DNA from: Gemmatimonadales bacterium
Lineage (GTDB): Bacteria > Gemmatimonadota > Gemmatimonadetes > Gemmatimonadales > GWC2-71-9
Assembly: GCA_035712665.1 (NCBI GenBank)
Contig: DASTAN010000098.1
Coordinates: 1 to 53,438, forward strand
Reading direction: 5' to 3'
Length of the DNA: 53,438 bases
The notes beneath the pieces were generated by a model. It searched no databases, had not been told where the DNA came from, and was given only the letters and a program-made list of their open reading frames with translations. Positions within the stretch are counted from its first letter, which is position 1. The number at the start of each line of letters is the position of its first letter. A program made the position numbers and the translations under genes. This document shows, one piece after another, positions 45,052-53,438 of the stretch.

Positions 45052-47196
45052 ATGCGCTCCCAACGTGCCCTTACCGCCATCGCGCTGGCGGCCGTGCTCG
45101 CCGCACCACCGCTTGCCGCGCAGGCGACGGTGCCGGCGTGCCAGGTCGGTCGCACGGCGCTGGTGCTGAGCGGCGGCGGTGCGAAGGGCCTCGCGCACAT
45201 CGGCGTGCTGCAGGCGCTCGAGCGCGCCGGGGTGCGTCCTGACCTGATCGTCGGCACCTCGATGGGCGCGGTCGTCGGTGCCCTCGCCGCCTCGGGCTAC
45301 ACCGCGACGCAGCTCGACTCGATCGCGCGCGCGCTGCCGCTCGCCGATGTCTTCCGCGCGCAGGAACCGCGCGGCCCCGGCGCGTGGGGCCCGCTCCTCC
45401 CGCTGGTGCTCTGGGAAGAGGGCGACGACGGCTTCGTGCTGCAGGGCGCGAGCGTGCGGCAGCACAGCGTGAACGGGATGCTGAGCGCGGCCCTGCTCCG
45501 CGGCAACCTGCTCGCGCGCGGCGACTTCAATCGCTTGCCGATTCCGCTGCGCGTCGTCGCGACCGACCTCGCGGATCGCACGCCGGTGGTGCTGGCCGGC
45601 GGCGACCTCGCGCAGGCGGTGCGCGCCTCGATCGCGATCCCGCTCGTGTTCACGCCGGAGAAGATCGGCGAGCGCATCCTCACCGATGGTGGGCTGTCGG
45701 CCAACATCCCCGTGCGCGCGGCCCGCGCCGCAGGTGCGCAGCGCGTCATCGTGAGCGATGTCACCGAACTGCCAAGCGACACGCTGAACCTTGCCTCGCC
45801 CCTCGTGGTGGCCGATCGCCTGCTCAACTGGCTGTTCCGCCAGCCCGACGATTCGCTCGGTCCCGAGGACCTGCGCGTGCGCCCCGCGGTCGATGGCTTC
45901 AAGGCGCTCGACTTCTCGCCGCGCGCGATCGACTCGCTGATTGCCGTCGGGCGGGGTGCGGGCGAGGCGATGCTGGCCACGTGGGGCTGCGCGGCCTCCC
46001 TCGGCGGACGCGACGCCCCGGTCGTGCCGCCGTTGCCGCGCACCGTGCTCGCGCTCGCTGGCGAGGCGCGCGATCCGGTCGGGACGCGGCTGGTCCGGCG
46101 TGCCCTCGGGCTCGAGGAGGGGGCGACGATCGACGTGCCGGAGCTGTCGCGCCGCCTGGTCCAGCTCAGCGAACGCGAGGTCTTCCAGGAGGTCTGGCTC
46201 GGGCCGGTCGGCGACGGCGACGCCATCGTGGTGCGCCCGACGCTGCGACGCCTGCCGCGGCGCGTTGGCGGCATCGGCCTCGCGTACGACGGCGAGCTCG
46301 GCGGCCGGCTCTGGGCGGGTTTCGTCGATCGCTCGCTGCCGCTGCTGCAGTCGGAGGGGTCGGGCGTCCTGATGCTCGGCCGCTTCAAGCGGAGTGCCCA
46401 GCTGCAGGTGCGGCGGCAGACCCTGCTCGGGCAGCCGACCGTGACGCCGATCGCCACGCTGCTCCTCGCCAACGAGGATATCCGTCGCTTCGACAGCGAG
46501 GGGCTCGAGCTCGCCACCGACCGCTTCCGCGAAGTCGTGGCGGCGGGCGGCGTCGAACGCCAGCTCGGCCGCGGCTATCGGATCGGGATCCTCGCGGAGG
46601 CGCGCGCCTGGCGCGAGGTCGATCTCCGGCTCCGGTCGACCGCGGTGCGCGATGCCGTCGGCGGCCATCTCGTGCTGGAGAAGCTGACCGCCGGGCAGGG
46701 ACGGCTGGCGCGGTTCGACCTGATCGCGAACACCGCCTTCACGATGGCGTCGCTTGATGTCCGCTTCCGTGGCCGGATCGGTACGGTGCGCCTCGAGCAC
46801 CAGCTCCGCGCCGGCTGGGGGAGCGACCTGCCAGCGCAGCTCACCTTCCCGCTGGGCGGCGAGGATGGCTTCCCGGGTCTCAACCTCGGCGAGCGGCGGG
46901 GTGACCGCGAGCTCTTCACGGCCATCACCCTGTCGCAACCGGTGGCGGGGTCGCTCTCGCTTCGCCTCACCGGGGCGGTCGGCCGCACGGCGTTCCGGGA
47001 CGAACTCAGCACCGCCATCGGCCCGCGCGACCCCGGGTTCTGGGTCCCCGGCGGCTTCTTCGGCCGCGAGGGGTGGCTGGCCGGCGTCCGGGCCGGCGTC
47101 GGCTCCGTGACCCCGATCGGCCCGGTCCGGGCGGAGTTCGGGTGGACCGCCGACGGACGGAGCGAGGGGTTTCTGCGGCTGGGGCGGTGGTTTTGA
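45052..47196 (+). CDS. Patatin-like phospholipase fused to an Omp85/surface-antigen-like C-terminal region (PlpD-like, type Vd autotransporter architecture)
   Basis: Signal peptide ...PPLAAQ, oxyanion GGGAKG, GTSMG (GxSxG), DGG, and a long C-terminal beta-rich region ending ...FLRLGRWF (aromatic terminus typical of outer-membrane barrels). Start re-set to ATG 45052. Confidence 0.75.
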   Translation: MRSQRALTAIALAAVLAAPPLAAQATVPACQVGRTALVLSGGGAKGLAHIGVLQALERAGVRPDLIVGTSMGAVVGALAASGYTATQLDSIARALPLADVFRAQEPRGPGAWGPLLPLVLWEEGDDGFVLQGASVRQHSVNGMLSAALLRGNLLARGDFNRLPIPLRVVATDLADRTPVVLAGGDLAQAVRASIAIPLVFTPEKIGERILTDGGLSANIPVRAARAAGAQRVIVSDVTELPSDTLNLASPLVVADRLLNWLFRQPDDSLGPEDLRVRPAVDGFKALDFSPRAIDSLIAVGRGAGEAMLATWGCAASLGGRDAPVVPPLPRTVLALAGEARDPVGTRLVRRALGLEEGATIDVPELSRRLVQLSEREVFQEVWLGPVGDGDAIVVRPTLRRLPRRVGGIGLAYDGELGGRLWAGFVDRSLPLLQSEGSGVLMLGRFKRSAQLQVRRQTLLGQPTVTPIATLLLANEDIRRFDSEGLELATDRFREVVAAGGVERQLGRGYRIGILAEARAWREVDLRLRSTAVRDAVGGHLVLEKLTAGQGRLARFDLIANTAFTMASLDVRFRGRIGTVRLEHQLRAGWGSDLPAQLTFPLGGEDGFPGLNLGERRGDRELFTAITLSQPVAGSLSLRLTGAVGRTAFRDELSTAIGPRDPGFWVPGGFFGREGWLAGVRAGVGSVTPIGPVRAEFGWTADGRSEGFLRLGRWF

Positions 47197-47198
47197 CA

Positions 47199-47308
47199 GA
47201 GATGGGTGATCGGAGATCGGAGATCAGAGGGGAAAGGGACACGAGACAAAGGACGTCCCCCTCACCCCTCACCCCTCACCACTCACTTTTTCACCGTTCA
47301 CCGTTTCC
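47199..47308. repeat. Composite heptamer element, copy E8: GATCGGA arm + GGGACAC-type + CCCTCAC x3-4 + TTCACCG x2
   Basis: GAGATGGGTGATCGGAGATCGGAGATCAGAGGGG AAAGGGACACGAGACAAAGGACG TCCCCCTCACCCCTCACCCCTCACCACTCAC TTTTTCACCGTTCACCG. Confidence 0.85.
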
Positions 47309-47327
47309 ACCATTCCTCTGGTGGGAA

Positions 47328-47356
47328 TTGACGAATCCCGACTCCCGGGCTAGGAT
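47328..47356 (+). promoter_or_regulatory. Candidate sigma-70-type promoter of sufR (would give a nearly leaderless mRNA)
   Basis: TTGACG (47328-47333), a 17-nt spacer, TAGGAT (47351-47356). ATG 47366 is only 10 nt downstream of the -10 element. Confidence 0.3.
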
Positions 47357-47365
47357 TGCCGGTCT

Positions 47366-48060
47366 ATGGCATCCTTGGCCCTCCTTCGCGCGGCAGAGGC
47401 CGCCGGTCCGAGTGGACCGGTGGGGCATCGGGGCCCGCGCGGGGTCATCCTCCTCCACCTGAAGCGCGAGGGTGGGGCGACGGCCGGGGCACTGGCCGAG
47501 GCGCTGGGGTACTCCCTCAATGCGGTGCGGCACCACCTCAAGGAGCTCGAGGCCGAAGGGGTCGTGACCTACGACCGCACCCCGCAGGGGGTGGGGGCGC
47601 CGGCGCACACCTATCGGCTCACCGCGTCGGGGCACGCGCTCTTCCCCGATCGGTATGAGCGGACGGTGGCCGACCTCCTCGACCACGTCGTGAGCACCGG
47701 CGGGCGCGAGGCGGCGGTGGCCCTGCTCGAGCAGCAGTACCGGACGCTGGCCGAGCGGCTCGCCGTCGAGACGCAGGGGGTCCCGGCGGAGCGGCGCGGC
47801 GAGGTGGTCGCGCGGGTGCTCGACGCCGAGGGGTATATGGCGACGTGGGTGAAGGCGGCCGAGGGTGGGCTGCTCACCGAGCACAACTGTCCGCACCGGC
47901 TGATCGCCGAGCGGTTCCCGGAGGTCTGCGCGGCCGAGGAGCGGTTCCTCGCCGAGGTCTTCGGGGCCCCGGTCGAGCGGCAGTCCCGCATCGCGGGTGG
48001 CTGCGGCACGTGCAGTTATCGGATCGCGATGGGCAACGCCCGCGAGGGCGAGGAGCAGGG

Positions 48061-48064
<4 letters not shown>
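47366..48064 (+). CDS. sufR: ArsR/DeoR-like winged-helix regulator with a C-terminal Cys cluster; SufR-like by context
   Basis: HTH ...[39 protein letters not shown]... C-terminal cysteines (HNCPH...EVCAAE...GGCGTCSY). Its stop overlaps the sufB ATG (ATGA). Confidence 0.65.
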
Positions 48065-49500
<1,436 letters not shown>

Positions 49501-49504
49501 CACC

Positions 49505-49574
49505 GAGAGGGGAGATCGGAGACCGGAGATCGGAGGGCGCGATCTCGGATCTCCGATCCCCGATCTCCGATCTC
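49505..49574. repeat. GATCGGA-type palindromic element, copy E9 (inside the suf operon)
   Basis: GAGAGGGGAGATCGGAGACCGGAGATCGGAGGG-CGC-GATCTCGGATCTCCGATCCCCGATCTCCGATCTC. It fills the sufB-sufC spacer. Confidence 0.9.
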
Positions 49575-49588
49575 ATTCTGAGGACATC

Positions 49589-50359
49589 ATGGCACTGCTG
49601 GACATTCAGGATCTGCACGCTTCCGTCGACGACACGGCGATCCTCAAGGGGATCTCCCTCACCGTCAACGCCGGCGAGGTGCACGCCATCATGGGGCCGA
49701 ACGGCTCCGGCAAGTCGACCCTGGCGCAGGTGCTCGCGGGCCACCCGGCCTACGAGGTGACCGGCGGCAGCGTCACCCTCGACGGCGCCGACCTGCTCGA
49801 CATGGAGGCCGAGGAGCGCGCGTGGGCCGGCGTCTTCCTCGCCTTCCAGTACCCGGTGGAGATCCCGGGCGTGACCAACGCCTACTTCCTCCGCCAGGCG
49901 TACAACGAGATCCGCAAGGCGCGCGGCCTCGACGAGCTCGACCCGATGGACTTCCTCGACCTCCTCGAGGAGAAGCTCAAGGTCGTCGAGTGGGGCCCGG
50001 AGATCATGGAGCGCGCGGTCAACTTCGGCTTCTCCGGCGGCGAGAAGAAGCGGAACGAGATCCTGCAGATGGCGGTGCTCGAGCCGAAGCTCGCGATCCT
50101 CGACGAGACCGACTCGGGGCTCGACATCGACGCGCTGCGCATCGTGGCCGACGGCGTCAACCAGCTGAAGCGCCCCGACAGCGCGACCATCCTGGTGACG
50201 CACTACCAGCGCCTCCTCGACTACATCGTGCCCGACTACGTGCACGTCCTCGCGGGCGGGAAGATCGTCAAGTCGGGCGGCAAGGAGCTCGCCCTCGAGC
50301 TCGAGAAGCGCGGCTACGAGTGGCTGACGGGCGTCGCGGAATCGGCGGCGCTGGCATGA
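49589..50359 (+). CDS. sufC: Fe-S cluster assembly ATPase SufC
   Basis: Walker [10 protein letters not shown], signature FSGGEKKR, Walker [13 protein letters not shown]. Confidence 0.95.
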   Translation: MALLDIQDLHASVDDTAILKGISLTVNAGEVHAIMGPNGSGKSTLAQVLAGHPAYEVTGGSVTLDGADLLDMEAEERAWAGVFLAFQYPVEIPGVTNAYFLRQAYNEIRKARGLDELDPMDFLDLLEEKLKVVEWGPEIMERAVNFGFSGGEKKRNEILQMAVLEPKLAILDETDSGLDIDALRIVADGVNQLKRPDSATILVTHYQRLLDYIVPDYVHVLAGGKIVKSGGKELALELEKRGYEWLTGVAESAALA

Positions 50360-51660
50360 GCGGGACGACCACCACGCTCCCGTTCGTGGAGCTGTTCGGT
50401 CGCGCCGAGGCCGCGGGCGGCCCGTCGTGGCTCTCGGCCCGGCGGCGCGCGGCCTTCGATCGCTTCGCCGAGGTCGGTGTCCCGACTTCGAAGGTCGAGG
50501 ACTGGCGCTTCACCCCGGTGCACGCGCTGGCCACGACGCCGTTCAGCGCGCCGGCAGCGGCCGGCGTCCCGAGTGCCGCGACGCTCGCCCCGTACTGGAC
50601 CGGCCCCGACAGCTGGAGCCGCCTCGTGCTGGTCGACGGCGCCTTCGCCCCCGCGCTCTCGACGCTCCGCGACGGCGTCGCGGTCCGCTCGCTCAGGGCG
50701 GCGATCGAGGCCGGCGACCCGCTGGTCGAGCGGCATCTCGGGCGCACCGCGACCGCGGAGGCGACGCCGTTCGCGGCGCTCTCGCTCGCGACCTTCACCG
50801 ACGGCGTCGTGCTGCACCTCCCCGCGGGCACGCAGGCCGAGTCGCCGGTCGAGGTGCTGCACGTCACGACGACCGGCGCCGACAACGCGCTGGTCTCGAC
50901 CCGCGTGCTGCTCGTCGCCGGCGACAACGCCGAGGGCGCGCTGGTCGAGTCGTTCGTGGCCCTCGGCTCGGCGCCGTACCTCACGATCCCGGTGACCGAA
51001 GTCGTCCTCGGCGCCAATGCGCGCGTCGAGCACGTCCGCATCCAGCGCGAGGCCGCACCGGCCTGGCACATCGGCTTCACGCACGCCGACCAGCAGGCGA
51101 CCTCGCACTACCGCTCGTTCTGCTTGAGCGTGGGGGCGAAGCTCTCGCGCCACGACCTGCACGCGAAGCTCAACGCCTCCGGCATCGAGACGCTGCTCTA
51201 CGGCCTCTCGCTCGCCGATGGCGAGCAGCTGGCCGACACCCACTCGGCGATCTTCCACGACCAGCCCCACTGCAACTCGTGGGAGGTCTACAAGGGGATC
51301 TTCGGCGGGCGCGCACGCGGCGTCTTCAACGGCAAGGTCTTCGTGCAGCCGATCGCCCAGAAGACCGACGCCAAGCAGACCAACCGCAACCTGCTCCTGT
51401 CGGACACGGCGCAGGTGGACACCAAGCCGCAGCTCGAGATCTTCGCCGACGACGTGAAGTGCACCCACGGCGCCACCGTGGGCCGCCTCAACGAGCAGCA
51501 GCGCTACTACCTGCGCTCGCGCGGCATCGGCGGCCAGCTCGCGCAGCAGATCCTGACCTGGGCCTTCGCGGCCGAGGTCATCGCCGAGGTCACCATCCCC
51601 GAGACGCGCGCCGCGCTCGAGCAGCTGGTGCGCACCCGCCTCGACGAGATGACGTCGTGA
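50356..51660 (+). CDS. sufD: Fe-S cluster assembly protein SufD
   Basis: SufB/D-family C-terminus ...[38 protein letters not shown]...Q.YYL.SRGI. ATG 50356 overlaps the sufC stop. Confidence 0.9.
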   Translation: MSGTTTTLPFVELFGRAEAAGGPSWLSARRRAAFDRFAEVGVPTSKVEDWRFTPVHALATTPFSAPAAAGVPSAATLAPYWTGPDSWSRLVLVDGAFAPALSTLRDGVAVRSLRAAIEAGDPLVERHLGRTATAEATPFAALSLATFTDGVVLHLPAGTQAESPVEVLHVTTTGADNALVSTRVLLVAGDNAEGALVESFVALGSAPYLTIPVTEVVLGANARVEHVRIQREAAPAWHIGFTHADQQATSHYRSFCLSVGAKLSRHDLHAKLNASGIETLLYGLSLADGEQLADTHSAIFHDQPHCNSWEVYKGIFGGRARGVFNGKVFVQPIAQKTDAKQTNRNLLLSDTAQVDTKPQLEIFADDVKCTHGATVGRLNEQQRYYLRSRGIGGQLAQQILTWAFAAEVIAEVTIPETRAALEQLVRTRLDEMTS

Positions 51661-52850
51661 TGGACGTCGCTGGCCTGCGCGCGGAGTTCCCGATCCTCGG
51701 GGCCACCTCGCGCGGCCAGCCGCTGCACTGGCTCGACAACGCCTCCACGACCCAGAAGCCGCGCGCGGTGCTCGATGCCGTGCACGGCTTCTCGTCGTCG
51801 TGGAACGCGAACATCCACCGCGGCGTGTACGAGTTCTCCGAGCGCGCCTCGCTCGCGTATGACGGCACCCGCGAGACCGTCGCCCGGTTCCTCGGCACCG
51901 GCGACCCGCACGAGGTCGTCTTCACCCGCGGCACGACCGAGAGCATCAACCTCGTTGCGCACGGGTTCCTCGCGCCGGGGGCGACCGTGCTCGTGAGCGA
52001 GATGGAGCACCACGCCAACATCGTCCCGTGGCAGCTCGCCGGGGCGCGCACCGTGCCGATCCCGGTGACCGACCGGGGCGAGCTCGACCTCGAGGCGGCG
52101 GCACGGTTGCTGGCCGACGGGCCGGCGCTGCTCGCGGTGGTGCACGTGTCGAACGCGCTCGGGACGATCAACCCGATCGCCGAGCTGGTGCGGATGGCGA
52201 CGGCGCACGGCGTCCCGGTGCTGGTCGATGGCGCCCAGGCGGTCGGGCATTTCCCGGTCGATGTCGCCGCGCTCGGCTGCGACTTCTACTGCTTCAGCGG
52301 CCACAAGCTCTTCGGCCCGACCGGCGTCGGCGTCCTCTGGGCCCGGCGTGCGCACCTCGAGGCGATGCGGCCGTACCAGGGCGGCGGCGACATGATCGAC
52401 ATCGTCGGCTTCGATCGCACCACCTTCGCCCCGGTGCCGCACCGCTTCGAGGCGGGGACGCCGAACATCAGCGGGGTGATCGGCCTCGACGCCGCGATCC
52501 GCTGGGTGATGGCGCACGACCGCGACGCGTGGGCCGCGCACGAGGAGGCGCTCTTCGCCGACGCCCTCGCCGCGGTACGCGAGATTCCCGGGCTCCGGCT
52601 GCTGGCCGAGCCGCGCGAGCGAGTGGCGGTGCTGACGTTCACGATGGACGGGGCGCACCCGCACGACATCGCGTCGATCCTCGACGGCGAGGGGGTCTGC
52701 ATCCGCGCCGGGCACCACTGCACCCAGCCGCTGCATCGCCGCCTCGATGTCGGTGCGTCGGCCCGCGCTTCGTTCGCACCCTACAACGACGCCTCGGATG
52801 TCGCGGCGCTGGTGCGCGGCCTCCGCCGGGTGCAGGAGCTCTTCGGCTGA
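51660..52850 (+). CDS. sufS: Cysteine desulfurase SufS (class II aminotransferase V)
   Basis: ...LDNASTTQKP..., HHANIVPW, PLP lysine SGHKLFGPTGVG, catalytic Cys RAGHHCTQPL. The ATG shares its A with the sufD TGA. Confidence 0.9.
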   Translation: MDVAGLRAEFPILGATSRGQPLHWLDNASTTQKPRAVLDAVHGFSSSWNANIHRGVYEFSERASLAYDGTRETVARFLGTGDPHEVVFTRGTTESINLVAHGFLAPGATVLVSEMEHHANIVPWQLAGARTVPIPVTDRGELDLEAAARLLADGPALLAVVHVSNALGTINPIAELVRMATAHGVPVLVDGAQAVGHFPVDVAALGCDFYCFSGHKLFGPTGVGVLWARRAHLEAMRPYQGGGDMIDIVGFDRTTFAPVPHRFEAGTPNISGVIGLDAAIRWVMAHDRDAWAAHEEALFADALAAVREIPGLRLLAEPRERVAVLTFTMDGAHPHDIASILDGEGVCIRAGHHCTQPLHRRLDVGASARASFAPYNDASDVAALVRGLRRVQELFG

Positions 52851-53278
52851 TGGCGAGCATGGACCAGCTCTACCAGACGCTCATCATCGAGCACGATCGC
52901 TCGCCGCGAAACTTCCGCACCCTCGAGGCGCCGACGCACGAGGGGCGGGGGCGGAATCCGCTCTGCGGCGACGAGGTGTCGCTGCAGCTGCGGCTCGACG
53001 CCGACGGCCGCGTGGCCGAGGTCGGCTTCCAGGGCCGCGGCTGCGCGGTGAGCAAGGCCTCGGCCTCGATGATGACCGGCGCGATCCAGGGGAAGACGGT
53101 CGAGGAAGTGCGGGAACTCTTCGATGCCTTCCACGCGTTGCTCACCGGTGGCGAGGCCGACCGCGACCGCCTCGGCAAGCTGGTCGCATTTGAAGGATTG
53201 AAGACGTATCCGATGCGCGTGAAGTGCGCCACGATGGCGTGGCACGTTCTGAAGGAAGCCGTGAGTCACGAGTCGTGA
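52850..53278 (+). CDS. sufU: SufU / IscU-like zinc-dependent sulfur transfer protein
   Basis: NPLCGDE, GRGCAVSKAS, RVKCATMAW. The ATG shares its A with the sufS TGA. Confidence 0.85.
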   Translation: MASMDQLYQTLIIEHDRSPRNFRTLEAPTHEGRGRNPLCGDEVSLQLRLDADGRVAEVGFQGRGCAVSKASASMMTGAIQGKTVEEVRELFDAFHALLTGGEADRDRLGKLVAFEGLKTYPMRVKCATMAWHVLKEAVSHES

Positions 53279-53327
53279 GTCGTCAGAGGGGCATGTTCCT
53301 TCTCACGACCCACGACTGACGACTCAC
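53261..53327. repeat. Heptamer-periodic imperfect palindrome (GTGAGTC / CACGACY units)
   Basis: GTGAGTC ACGAGTC GTGAGTC GTCAG-AGGGGCATGTTCCTTC-TCACGAC CCACGAC TGACGAC TCAC. The left arm encodes the last 6 codons and stop of sufU. Confidence 0.85.
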
Positions 53328-53351
53328 CTCTCAACAAGGAGCCCGATACCA

Positions 53352-53438
53352 ATGCCGTACCCCGAAATGATGATCGCCCCGATGCGTGCCGAAGTGACCC
53401 GGCTGGGCGTGCAGGAACTGAAGACCGTCGAGGACGTC
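53352..53438 (+). CDS. 5' end of a bacilliredoxin-like (BrxA/BrxB, YphP/YqiW, DUF1094) thioredoxin-fold protein (partial)
   Basis: AAGGAG lies 11 nt before ATG 53352. MPYPEMMIAPMRAEVTRLGVQELKTVEDV resembles the conserved Brx N-terminus (...PMR.ELT..GF.EL.T.E.V). Only 29 codons are visible. Confidence 0.5.
   Translation, partial: MPYPEMMIAPMRAEVTRLGVQELKTVEDV

Overview
Very GC-rich (by eye about 70%) bacterial chromosomal window centred on the replication-origin gene cluster: rpmH-rnpA-yidD-yidC on the minus strand, diverging from dnaA-dnaN on the plus strand. Signal peptides ending in ...AAQ and the gene content (GWxTD protein, rhomboid, M16/M28 peptidases) suggest a Gemmatimonadota-like organism, but that is only an inference. 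I called about 49 protein genes from motifs read off the ORF track; no homology search was possible. Almost all are housekeeping: mutS, holA, ddl, polA, pyrE, rnd, a ferredoxin, an ECF sigma/anti-sigma pair, a large hybrid histidine kinase, an MMPL transporter, several peptidases, and a complete sufR-sufBCDSU Fe-S operon. There is one clear RNA gene, RNase P RNA (rnpB) on the minus strand at about 29762-30140. Many ORF-track entries are GC-driven wrong-frame or antisense artefacts or over-extended N-termini, so I re-set starts accordingly. I found no transposase, integrase, cas genes, CRISPR array, tRNA or recognisable defence or secretion island. The unusual content is non-coding. About 20 of roughly 28 intergenic spacers are built from tandem 7-nt units of at least eight types (GATCGGA, GGGACAC, GGGGTGA, GTGAACG, CACGACY, GAAGGGT, GRGCCTT, CCGCCTT). 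These units are usually arranged as imperfect 20-35 bp palindromes and combined in a recurring order. Ten copies belong to one family with the termini GAGAGGGGAGATC...GATCTCCCCTCTC. One composite copy sits in frame inside polA. Others supply stop codons or C-terminal codons to neighbouring genes, or lie inside operons (sufB/sufC, sigma/anti-sigma). I do not recognise this as a named repeat family, and it is my best candidate for something new here. Secondary observations are a candidate oriC between dnaA and dnaN, a tandem pair of paralogous secreted proteins downstream of rnpB, an unlisted 57-aa ORF coupled to rnd, and some unusual operon and fusion architectures.
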